DNA of 34,525 nucleotides, taken from IMG/VR virus record IMGVR_UViG_3300048576_000516, positions 1-34,525 of that record. The stretch is one strand, 5' to 3'. Within the stretch, counting starts at the first letter, position 1. The number at the start of each line of letters is the position of its first letter. The stretch is from a virus. Taxonomy: Duplodnaviria > Caudoviricetes. Under the pieces are notes generated by a model. The model was not told where the DNA came from. It searched no databases and saw only the letters and a list, made by a program, of their open reading frames with translations. This document shows positions 9,082 to 15,556 of this stretch, piece after piece. The position numbers were made by a program, and so were the translations under genes.

Positions 9082-9269
9082 AGTAGCTTTAATGTTTCGT
9101 TTTGGGGTGTGGAGTCGGCTGACTCAAAATCTTGCAGTTCGGATACCTTTTTGCTGGCCTCGGAAATATGGTGTCTAGCGAGGTCGAAAGCGTTGTGTTC
9201 GAGCAGTTCCCAGGCCTGTTGCAGATCGTTCTCTATCATCTGCATATACATTATTTTTTGTGGGCTCAT
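9078..9269 (-). CDS. Small helical hypothetical protein
   Basis: 63 aa; ATGA overlaps on both sides. Confidence 0.7.
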   Translation of the reverse strand: MSPQKIMYMQMIENDLQQAWELLEHNAFDLARHHISEASKKVSELQDFESADSTPQNETLKLL

Positions 9270-9673
9270 TCCTTCACTCCTCTCATGGTGAATCGTTGCA
9301 TGTCGGACACGTCGCGCGGCGTTGTGTTAATCGTCTCTCTGAAGGCCGCGTAGCGGTCAGTGAGTGGCGCCGCGTTGTCAGTCCAATTAATGGTTGGCTC
9401 TGGTGTAGAGATGGGCGCTACAGGCGCGGGTGCTGCGAATGGCTTTAGTGACCACACCGCCGTGGAGAGGAATCGCCCGCGCTGGTAAATCTCACCGGCC
9501 CTCGTCATATCATATAGATACCGGCGTAAGGTATATTTCGAGTATTCCTCACACGCCGAGCACACGGTGGCCCAGTCGACGATGTTATTGGTCTCCAGCA
9601 GTTGCCTTATTCTTGCTAGCGCCGCGCTGGGTTTTCCTTGTGATTTGCAATAATTGTCAGGTGTTGTTTTCAT
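9266..9673 (-). CDS. Winged-helix-like protein
   Basis: RIRQLLET...SKYTLRRYLYDMTRAGEIYQRG wHTH pattern. Confidence 0.6.
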   Translation of the reverse strand: MKTTPDNYCKSQGKPSAALARIRQLLETNNIVDWATVCSACEEYSKYTLRRYLYDMTRAGEIYQRGRFLSTAVWSLKPFAAPAPVAPISTPEPTINWTDNAAPLTDRYAAFRETINTTPRDVSDMQRFTMRGVKE

Positions 9674-9703
9674 TCTTTATCCTTTTGCCTTCAGCCTTTA
9701 GCC
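9669..9703 (+). repeat. Tandem heptamer repeat x5 (TTYAKCC-like)
   Basis: TTCATTC TTTATCC TTTTGCC TTCAGCC TTTAGCC. Confidence 0.75.
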
Positions 9704-9704
9704 T

Positions 9705-10184
9705 TTAAGCAATCCTCCTCGCGGTTAAAAATGCTGCGAGCGATTCCCGGGTGACAACCGGACTCTCATTGACGTCGTATTCGGATGCAGGTTTGATCGT
9801 CAATAATGCGCCCGCGCGGATCAGACGATTGCAGTGGTCCGCTCCGAAATTGAAACGCCTGGCAATCTCGGTTCCTCGAATGATGTCCCTGTCGTGATTG
9901 AGGATCGCGTGGAGAATCTCCGCATCGGTCTCCAGTGAGAGCGGGATTTTTTCGCCCGCCAGTTTCCGTTTCGCTGCGTCAACAGACTGGGCCAGAGCGC
10001 GTAGAAACACATGATCAGCGCCGGGCGTCCTTAAGTCCCACGCCCACTCTATTGTGCCATCCTGGCAAAGCTCGTACACATCCTCCTCGCCGCATTGGAG
10101 TATCGCCCGGACCGTCTCCGGCCCGATCACCGGCGCGGCGATGGTAAGTCGCAGCGGTGTGAATGAGAGTTGCGTCGTGCTCAT
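9705..10184 (-). CDS. Tandem HTH (excisionase/MerR-like) DNA-binding protein
   Basis: Two HTH-like units: PETVRAILQCGEEDVYELCQDG and GTEIARRFNFGADHCNRLIRAG...VTRESLAAFL. Confidence 0.65.
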   Translation of the reverse strand: MSTTQLSFTPLRLTIAAPVIGPETVRAILQCGEEDVYELCQDGTIEWAWDLRTPGADHVFLRALAQSVDAAKRKLAGEKIPLSLETDAEILHAILNHDRDIIRGTEIARRFNFGADHCNRLIRAGALLTIKPASEYDVNESPVVTRESLAAFLTARRIA

Positions 10185-10429
10185 AATCCGCGCGTTAAAT
10201 CGTTGTTAGAAGAGTCCGCCGACGGGTGACGGAACCCGTCGGCGGATGGGGTCTTTGGCTCGTTCTCACATGCGCCCCGCGGTGAACCGACCGCGGAATA
10301 AGTTTCAGGCGATATCGACGTGCGAGAATGCGTCGTCTGCGTGTCCGTTTTAGCTCGGATGGCTGAACCCGGATTGGTGAGATTGCAGATGGACGGCGAA
10401 ATGCCATCCGGTGGGGAAAATGGTGTCAT
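10181..10429 (-). CDS. Hypothetical low-complexity ORF (contains strong hairpins)
   Basis: ATG 10429 lies 2 nt after the upstream stop; stop overlaps the next ATG; 82 aa, Ser/Pro/Thr-rich. Confidence 0.4.
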   Translation of the reverse strand: MTPFSPPDGISPSICNLTNPGSAIRAKTDTQTTHSRTSISPETYSAVGSPRGACENEPKTPSADGFRHPSADSSNNDLTRGL

Positions 10430-10431
10430 GC

Positions 10432-10665
10432 TTATTCGTGTGTTTGAGTTGTCAAATACCGCCGAAATATCTCGCGATCGTGTCGCGCAATTCTTGGCGC
10501 GTCGTGGTGATCTACCCCTGTGTTCCACCCCTTGCTCCAGACGGCGCAAAATAGAGTCGCTTGATGCAAGAGCTTTCGTTGCTTCGCAAGCCAAGCGCGT
10601 CGCGGAATTCGCGTGCCGCGTGCGGGCAGTGATAGTGCTAAATAATCAGGGAATGGATGAGTCAT
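10432..10665 (-). CDS. Hypothetical basic protein
   Basis: Start re-called at ATG 10665 (ATGA overlap); MTHPFPDYLAL..., 77 aa. Confidence 0.55.
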   Translation of the reverse strand: MTHPFPDYLALSLPARGTRIPRRAWLAKQRKLLHQATLFCAVWSKGWNTGVDHHDAPRIARHDREIFRRYLTTQTHE

Positions 10666-10820
10666 GCGACCCCCTGGAGGATTGTGTGTTGCAGACTGGG
10701 ATGCTCGGCGATGCATCCCGGGCAGTGCCATGCGATCCGGCCAATGGCGTTTTGGCGCTTGGCCCAACCTTGTTCTTTTTTGGCGCGTCGTTTCGCGCAT
10801 ATCCAACATCGTTTTTTCAT
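10662..10820 (-). CDS. Small CxxC-CxxC zinc-finger protein (not in ORF track)
   Basis: Hand translation: MKKRCWICAKRRAKKEQGWAKRQNAIGRIAWHCPGCIAEHPSLQHTILQGVA, 52 aa; stop overlaps the next start. Confidence 0.65.
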   Translation of the reverse strand: MKKRCWICAKRRAKKEQGWAKRQNAIGRIAWHCPGCIAEHPSLQHTILQGVA

Positions 10821-10851
10821 GGTTATCGTTGCATGGGTTACCGAGATGAGT

Positions 10852-11352
10852 TTATTTTTTGGCTAGCTCCGCTTCTGTCAGCTCGTTAAGATCACGGCGA
10901 AGCAAATGCAGTGAAAATTCGCAAAAGACCGCGCTGATCGCCAGGCGCGCCAAAATTATGAATTGGAGCCAGCTTAAAGATGTCCCGTCCTGGGCCGTTG
11001 TTCCGGCAGCAATCGCGCTGCTCGGCTGGGCGCTGCTCCCAAAGCTGTTCCCGTTTTTCAAGGAGTGGCTGAAACACAAAAGAGCCCAGGCCAAAACACC
11101 GCCCCAAAACAACAGTTCTAACAGGCTTCCCAGCCAAACCCAGCCCGGCAAAGACTTCCCGCTTCGCGTGGTGAGAGTGGTGGTGTTCGCGCTGGACTCA
11201 TTGCTCGTGTTGGGAGGCGCTTGGTTACTCTGGTCTAACCGGCATTCTCCGGCTCCCGCAACCGTTGGCGATGTGGCGTTCTGCTCACTGCTGGTCGCTG
11301 GCATCATTGCGGCAGCTTTGCGCGGGTCGGGACATTGATCCTCTGGTTTCAT
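10852..11352 (-). CDS. Hypothetical protein antisense to the membrane gene
   Basis: Starts 5 nt after the cro stop and fills the operon gap; much of its composition looks like an antisense shadow. Confidence 0.35.
   Translation of the reverse strand: MKPEDQCPDPRKAAAMMPATSSEQNATSPTVAGAGECRLDQSNQAPPNTSNESSANTTTLTTRSGKSLPGWVWLGSLLELLFWGGVLAWALLCFSHSLKNGNSFGSSAQPSSAIAAGTTAQDGTSLSWLQFIILARLAISAVFCEFSLHLLRRDLNELTEAELAKK
10958..11338 (+). CDS. 3-TM membrane protein, counter-oriented moron (possible superinfection exclusion)
   Basis: ATG 10958 after an AT-rich leader; three hydrophobic helices; 126 aa. Confidence 0.65.
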   Translation: MNWSQLKDVPSWAVVPAAIALLGWALLPKLFPFFKEWLKHKRAQAKTPPQNNSSNRLPSQTQPGKDFPLRVVRVVVFALDSLLVLGGAWLLWSNRHSPAPATVGDVAFCSLLVAGIIAAALRGSGH

Positions 11353-11357
11353 AGGCT

Positions 11358-11540
11358 TTAGGCGGATTTGAGTTTTCGGTATGCTTCCTTCAATCGGCGG
11401 CTTTCGCGCTGGCCACTCAAGACGCGGTAGAGGTGTGTCCGTTCAACTTGCAGCTCTTTAGCCGCCGCACAGATTCCAGGAAAACGCAGCGGCTTGCTTT
11501 TTAGCTTTGGCTTGGTAGGTTTCAGTGTTGCTTGCAACAT
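11358..11540 (-). CDS. Cro/Ner-like small HTH regulator
   Basis: 60 aa, basic; GICAAAKELQVERTHLYRVLSG HTH; divergent from the repressor. Confidence 0.8.
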   Translation of the reverse strand: MLQATLKPTKPKLKSKPLRFPGICAAAKELQVERTHLYRVLSGQRESRRLKEAYRKLKSA

Positions 11541-11546
11541 GTGAAA

Positions 11547-11574
11547 AGAATATCACGAACGTGATACTATGCAA
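11547..11574 (-). promoter_or_regulatory. Early leftward promoter (leaderless cro mRNA)
   Basis: Minus strand TTGCAT-16 bp-TATTCT with TGn extension, ending 6 nt before the cro ATG. Confidence 0.6.
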
Positions 11575-11598
11575 GAAGAAATTAACACAAACGTGATA
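11551..11598. promoter_or_regulatory. Repressor operators and rightward extended -10
   Basis: Inverted repeat TATCACG-AA-CGTGATA (11551-11566); second copy TAACACAAACGTGATA (11583-11598); plus-strand TGaTACTAT (11562-11570). Confidence 0.75.
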
Positions 11599-12324
11599 TT
11601 TTCAGAGCGGCTTAGAACGCTCATGAAAAGCAGATCGATTACGCAAACAGAATTGGCGGATGCGCTTGGTCTTGCGCAGTCGGCAATTTCTAACTACTTA
11701 AAAGGCCGAATTCCCAAAAGCGACATTCTGTTTAGGTTGGCAGTATATTTTGGGGTGACAGCTAATTCGCTTGTTGCTACAGCTCCATCTCCAGAAATTA
11801 GTGTTGATCCAGGCGATTACAATGAATGGAAGGCTCGGGCAAAAATATCGGAAAAACAGCTTCAAGATATTGCAGCTGGGAAAGTGGATGTAACAGTTCC
11901 CAGATATTTTGGTGGCCCATATTACGGAACTCAAAAGGTAGCGCCTATAATTAGTTGGGCATCTGCGGGGGAATCGCATTCATGGGAGGACATGGGAATG
12001 GATGTGCCTCACATACCTACGGCATGCAGAGACCCAAATACCTATGCCTTGCAAATTGATGGAGATTCAATGGCTCCTCTGTACCGCACCGGAGATGTTA
12101 TTGTTGTCAGTCCAAATATAGAGGCAAGACAGGGTGATCTTATCGTTGCAAAAACTACAAAGGATGAAGTGTTTTTTAAGGAGCTTCATTTTTCGAAGGA
12201 TATGCGAATAATTCGACTATTCTCATTAAATCCGAATTATCCCGCCCTTGAATTTAAACGCTCTGAGATTCGTTTTCTTCATCCTATTTACAGCATAACG
12301 CGATTTTTACGAGGACTACCATGA
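11593..12324 (+). CDS. cI: Lambda CI/LexA-type repressor (XRE HTH + S24 peptidase)
   Basis: ITQTELADALGLAQSAISNY HTH, Ala-Gly site (WASAG), GDSM serine and VFFK lysine. Start uncertain (11569, 11593 or 11623); 11569 overlaps the -10 box. Confidence 0.9.
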   Translation: MIFSERLRTLMKSRSITQTELADALGLAQSAISNYLKGRIPKSDILFRLAVYFGVTANSLVATAPSPEISVDPGDYNEWKARAKISEKQLQDIAAGKVDVTVPRYFGGPYYGTQKVAPIISWASAGESHSWEDMGMDVPHIPTACRDPNTYALQIDGDSMAPLYRTGDVIVVSPNIEARQGDLIVAKTTKDEVFFKELHFSKDMRIIRLFSLNPNYPALEFKRSEIRFLHPIYSITRFLRGLP

Positions 12325-12620
12325 ACACGCTCACATTCAATTGCGCCGGGTGCAAGCAGCCGATAACTGTCAACGAAACCGATATTGGAAAACCCGTCGC
12401 ATGTCCGTCCTGTGGTGCCACTGTGATTCCGCGCCGCGACATCAAACCAACGAATTGGTCTGGCGTGTGGCGCGGAGTGGCGCTGGCACTGTTGGCTTTG
12501 TCAATAATCCTTTGGCCTTTTTTCGGTCTGGCGTTGGCTTGGCGCACTGCCACCGGCGCGTGCGGACTGGCAATCCTCTCTGAGTTAATGCGCATCCGCC
12601 GAGCTTTGGAACGCGGTTAA
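12321..12620 (+). CDS. Zinc-ribbon + 2-TM membrane protein
   Basis: CAGC...CPSC then two hydrophobic helices; ATGA overlap with cI. Confidence 0.75.
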   Translation: MNTLTFNCAGCKQPITVNETDIGKPVACPSCGATVIPRRDIKPTNWSGVWRGVALALLALSIILWPFFGLALAWRTATGACGLAILSELMRIRRALERG

Positions 12621-12661
12621 AGTTGCGTTTCGGCGGTTTTAAGTGCAGCTTAAAAACAAGC

Positions 12662-12689
12662 GGCCCGGAATGCTTGAACACTCCGGGCC
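12662..12689. terminator. GC-rich hairpin, possible terminator (U-tract on minus strand)
   Basis: GGCCCGGA/TCCGGGCC stem preceded by TAAAAACAAG. Confidence 0.45.
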
Positions 12690-12717
12690 TGCGCAAACAA
12701 CTCAGAGCGACAAAACC

Positions 12718-12933
12718 ATGAGTCATTCACGCAAGAAAAGTGTATCCGGCGCCGCGCCGGTTGGACAGACGAAAATCCTCATTGCCGAGCACCCCGGAAC
12801 CACGGCCATGCTGCTCTCAGACGGAGCCCAAGAGCCGATGACCTTCCCTGGCGCCATCGAAGCCCTGCACTGGTGCGAAGCCCACCGCGTCACGTTCTAC
12901 TACATCCCGCCCGCGCCCGCCGCGCAGAATTGA
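12718..12933 (+). CDS. Small hypothetical protein
   Basis: Likely start ATG 12718 (MSHSRKKS...), 71 aa, GC3-rich codons. Confidence 0.6.
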   Translation: MSHSRKKSVSGAAPVGQTKILIAEHPGTTAMLLSDGAQEPMTFPGAIEALHWCEAHRVTFYYIPPAPAAQN

Positions 12934-12941
12934 GGCTCCTA

Positions 12942-12969
12942 TTCATCCTGCATCCCTCAGCCTTCATCC
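12942..12969 (+). repeat. Tandem heptamer repeat x4
   Basis: TTCATCC TGCATCC CTCAGCC TTCATCC. Confidence 0.75.
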
Positions 12970-12976
12970 TTTCCTC

Positions 12977-13091
12977 TTGACATCGCTCCGCCCGGTCACA
13001 TAGCTTGGCTCCGCACCCCGGGCGCGTGAACCGCGTATCGGGGCTTCATTTTTTCGCTTCCCCAGTAACGATTACTCCGCTGGGCGGAGTG
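12977..13091 (+). promoter_or_regulatory. Late cassette copy 1: sigma70 promoter, terminator-like hairpin, 23-bp conserved palindrome
   Basis: TTGACA(12977)-18-TAGCTT; hairpin 13016-13043 followed by CTTCATTTTTT; CGATTACTCCGCTGGGCGGAGTG at 13069-13091. Confidence 0.8.
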
Positions 13092-13146
13092 TGGCTTCCC
13101 GCTTCTCATGGTTTGATGATCGTGTCATTGAACGATTATTGAATTT

Positions 13147-13620
13147 ATGAGTGCCCAAACGAATCAAACCGCCGCCGACGCCACTGGCGCCACTGCGGCC
13201 ACAACTACTGCCACAACCGCCGCCGCCGCCACGGTGGACACGGCCTCGCTCCAAACCGAGCTGGCAAAGCTTGCGGTGGATGCCCAGGCCGATTACGAAC
13301 TTGTCAAAAAAGCCATTCCGCTGATCAAAGCCAAGGATTGGTCCGGTCTGGCCTCTCTAGGAACGCAGAATGCGGCGGTTCTTGAGGCGCAATACAAGGA
13401 TGTGAAGGCCGCGTTGCCGGACATCAAGACGGGCTATCAGACCACCGAATTTTGGTTGGTTGTTGGCGTGGTGGCGCTGAATGCGGGCTATACAGCGGTC
13501 ACAGGCAAGGCTTTGCCGGTCGACAGCAACGTGGTCCTGGGCGGCGTTGTGGCGATCTACACCGCTGTGCGTGGCCTGGTTAAATCAAAATCTTCAACCG
13601 TCGCCGCCAGCGCCTCGTAA
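13147..13620 (+). CDS. Putative holin (2 C-terminal TM)
   Basis: KTGYQTTEFW motif followed by two TMs and a basic tail; first late gene, upstream of spanins. Confidence 0.6.
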   Translation: MSAQTNQTAADATGATAATTTATTAAAATVDTASLQTELAKLAVDAQADYELVKKAIPLIKAKDWSGLASLGTQNAAVLEAQYKDVKAALPDIKTGYQTTEFWLVVGVVALNAGYTAVTGKALPVDSNVVLGGVVAIYTAVRGLVKSKSSTVAASAS

Positions 13621-13623
13621 CCC

Positions 13624-13851
13624 ATGCTGACTGGATTTGTCACGCTCATTGGCACGCTCCTGAGCATCGTGTTTTACGTGATGCAACGGAGCGACGCCAA
13701 GAGCGCCAACCCCATAAACCAAGCCGCCGACCGCTATGAAACGATTGACAAAGATATTGCCGAGCGAGACAGCCTTGCCGCTAGCGCTCACGCTTCTGAC
13801 GATCTTGATCTGCTTGACCGCTTGCAGGTCCGTCAAAGTGGTCAGCGCTGA
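13624..13851 (+). CDS. Putative i-spanin (Rz-like)
   Basis: N-terminal TM and short helical domain; overlapped by a lipoprotein gene. Confidence 0.6.
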   Translation: MLTGFVTLIGTLLSIVFYVMQRSDAKSANPINQAADRYETIDKDIAERDSLAASAHASDDLDLLDRLQVRQSGQR

Positions 13852-14008
13852 TCAAACCGAGACATTTGTCAGCTCGAACCAGGTGTTCACTGTCCCCTGT
13901 GACGGTGTGTTCATGAGCGATGGTCGCTACCAGCGCTATCGCCGGGCTGTGTCAGACGTCATCGAAAAGCTCTCACCATCCAATTCACCCGCCACTGCCG
14001 CACAGTAA
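13736..14008 (+). CDS. Putative o-spanin lipoprotein (Rz1-like)
   Basis: Signal peptide ending in lipobox LTAC; overlaps the preceding gene in the +1 frame. Confidence 0.65.
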   Translation: MKRLTKILPSETALPLALTLLTILICLTACRSVKVVSADQTETFVSSNQVFTVPCDGVFMSDGRYQRYRRAVSDVIEKLSPSNSPATAAQ

Positions 14009-14009
14009 A

Positions 14010-14207
14010 ATGAAATACCAGAAATTCATTTGCCCGATTTGCCGCCATAAGTTTTCCGGTCGCGATAAGACGACAATCGAAATGGGGTTCGGCGGGACAG
14101 GAGTGAAACCACACTTTACCGGAGGCACAATCCTCACTCGGGGGGTGTGTCGATCGTGCTCGGAAAAATTTATCAAAGACCATAACCCTAGAAGTTATTT
14201 CCCGTGA
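14010..14207 (+). CDS. Small C4 zinc-finger protein
   Basis: Start re-called at ATG 14010; CPIC...CRSC; 65 aa. Confidence 0.7.
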   Translation: MKYQKFICPICRHKFSGRDKTTIEMGFGGTGVKPHFTGGTILTRGVCRSCSEKFIKDHNPRSYFP

Positions 14208-14719
14208 ATTTTTTAGCTCAATTACCCGACGTGCCTTGGAACACGACAGGCGGCTGGATGCTCGGATTAATCGGCGTCCTGGGCGCGACAAGCCTTGTGT
14301 TTGCCGTCGCGATCCAAGCCAAGAAGCTCTTCGGCAAGGAGCCGCCTATCAGCGAGGAATTGCGTCGCTTGGGGGAAGCCTGCGCCGCGCGGTATGCTCA
14401 ATCTGAGGCCTCACTGCAAAGTCACGCCGTTGCCGATGACAAAATCCACGCCGAATTGTTCGGGCGCGTCAACGCCGCCGAGCGCGGTGTTGAAGACCGC
14501 CTCAGCGCTCGGCTTGATAAAATCGAGCGTGATTCAATCGAGTCCCGCCGCCCGATGCACCGGGACATCGACGCCATCCGCGCGGATGTGGCCGGAGTTA
14601 AAGCCACGCTAGCTGCGAACAGCGAGCAGCTCAAAGCGTTGAGCCAGCAACAATCTGACATGCCCGCGCAAATTGTATCCCTCCTGAACAACACGGGCGC
14701 CATTCAACACAAGAAGTGA
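14204..14719 (+). CDS. TM + coiled-coil protein (Mu gp25/DUF2730 positional analogue)
   Basis: N-terminal TM, long coiled coil, directly before the gp26-like gene. Confidence 0.6.
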   Translation: MNFLAQLPDVPWNTTGGWMLGLIGVLGATSLVFAVAIQAKKLFGKEPPISEELRRLGEACAARYAQSEASLQSHAVADDKIHAELFGRVNAAERGVEDRLSARLDKIERDSIESRRPMHRDIDAIRADVAGVKATLAANSEQLKALSQQQSDMPAQIVSLLNNTGAIQHKK

Positions 14720-14988
14720 TTATGCCTGCCATTTCGCTTGTCCAACGTGAACAAATCCGGCTTTCGATCCTGCGCTACGCGCTGAGACCTGTGTCTGCCG
14801 GTGTGATAAAATCAAACCTCGTTTCTGAGGGAAACCGAATCGAGAGTCCTGAACTCGTCGACGAATTGGTCTATTTGCGGGACAAAGGATTATTGACAAC
14901 TGTCGAAAAAACGGTGTCTCCAGAGAACCTTCTCTACCGCACCACGGCTAATGGCCGCGATTGCCTCGCGCTGCAAGGGCAAGAATAA
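14716..14988 (+). CDS. Mu gp26-like winged-helix protein
   Basis: RLSILR...ELVYLRDKGLL...TANGRD pattern and synteny. Confidence 0.75.
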   Translation: MIMPAISLVQREQIRLSILRYALRPVSAGVIKSNLVSEGNRIESPELVDELVYLRDKGLLTTVEKTVSPENLLYRTTANGRDCLALQGQE

Positions 14989-14989
14989 C

Positions 14990-15556
14990 ATGGCCAAGAC
15001 GCGCTCAGACTCGATTTTGCTGAACCTGCCAGAAGAGCAGCAAGCCGCGTTGTCGGATTGGCTGCTCAACGGCACGCCCTACCACATCGCCCGTGAGCGC
15101 GTGGCTAAGGAGTTTGGCGTCACCGTGGGAAGTCTAAGCTGCTTCTCCGCGTTCTGGAGCGAAGTCTGTCAACCTGCGCTTTTGGCGCGTCGACAGAGGG
15201 CGGCGGGCGCCGCCGAAGCTATCGGAGCTTTTGCCAGCCAGGATAGCGCCTTTGACAAGGGCTTCGTTTCTGCTCTTAAACAGAAGGCTTTCGAGTTGTC
15301 AAATCAGCCGGATGTTGACCCACAAGCATTGGCGATGGTGATCGGCCAAGCGCTCAAGCTGCGCGATCAGGATTTAAAGCAAGAGGATTTGCAACTCAAG
15401 CGTGACAAGTTCCAGTTCGACGCCGCGAAGGCGTGCCTCGCCGCGCTGCCCGCGCTGAAGGCCATTGCCTCCGATTCGTCGCTTGACAATAACGGCAAGA
15501 TCAACGCCATTCGTGCCAAGCTCTTTGGCCAGCTTCCCCAGGAATCGGCGGCGTGA
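14990..15556 (+). CDS. Mu gp27 (DUF3486)-like small terminase
   Basis: Start re-called at ATG 14990; SILLNLPEEQQAALSDWL N-terminus; precedes TerL. Confidence 0.75.
   Translation: MAKTRSDSILLNLPEEQQAALSDWLLNGTPYHIARERVAKEFGVTVGSLSCFSAFWSEVCQPALLARRQRAAGAAEAIGAFASQDSAFDKGFVSALKQKAFELSNQPDVDPQALAMVIGQALKLRDQDLKQEDLQLKRDKFQFDAAKACLAALPALKAIASDSSLDNNGKINAIRAKLFGQLPQESAA

Noticed and set aside
10320-10889. 189-aa plus-strand ORF
   Set aside because: Antisense to a chain of start/stop-coupled minus-strand small genes that explain the region better.
13165-13235. GCC/ACN-rich low-complexity run
   Set aside because: Simply encodes the Ala/Thr-rich N-terminus of the holin-like protein.
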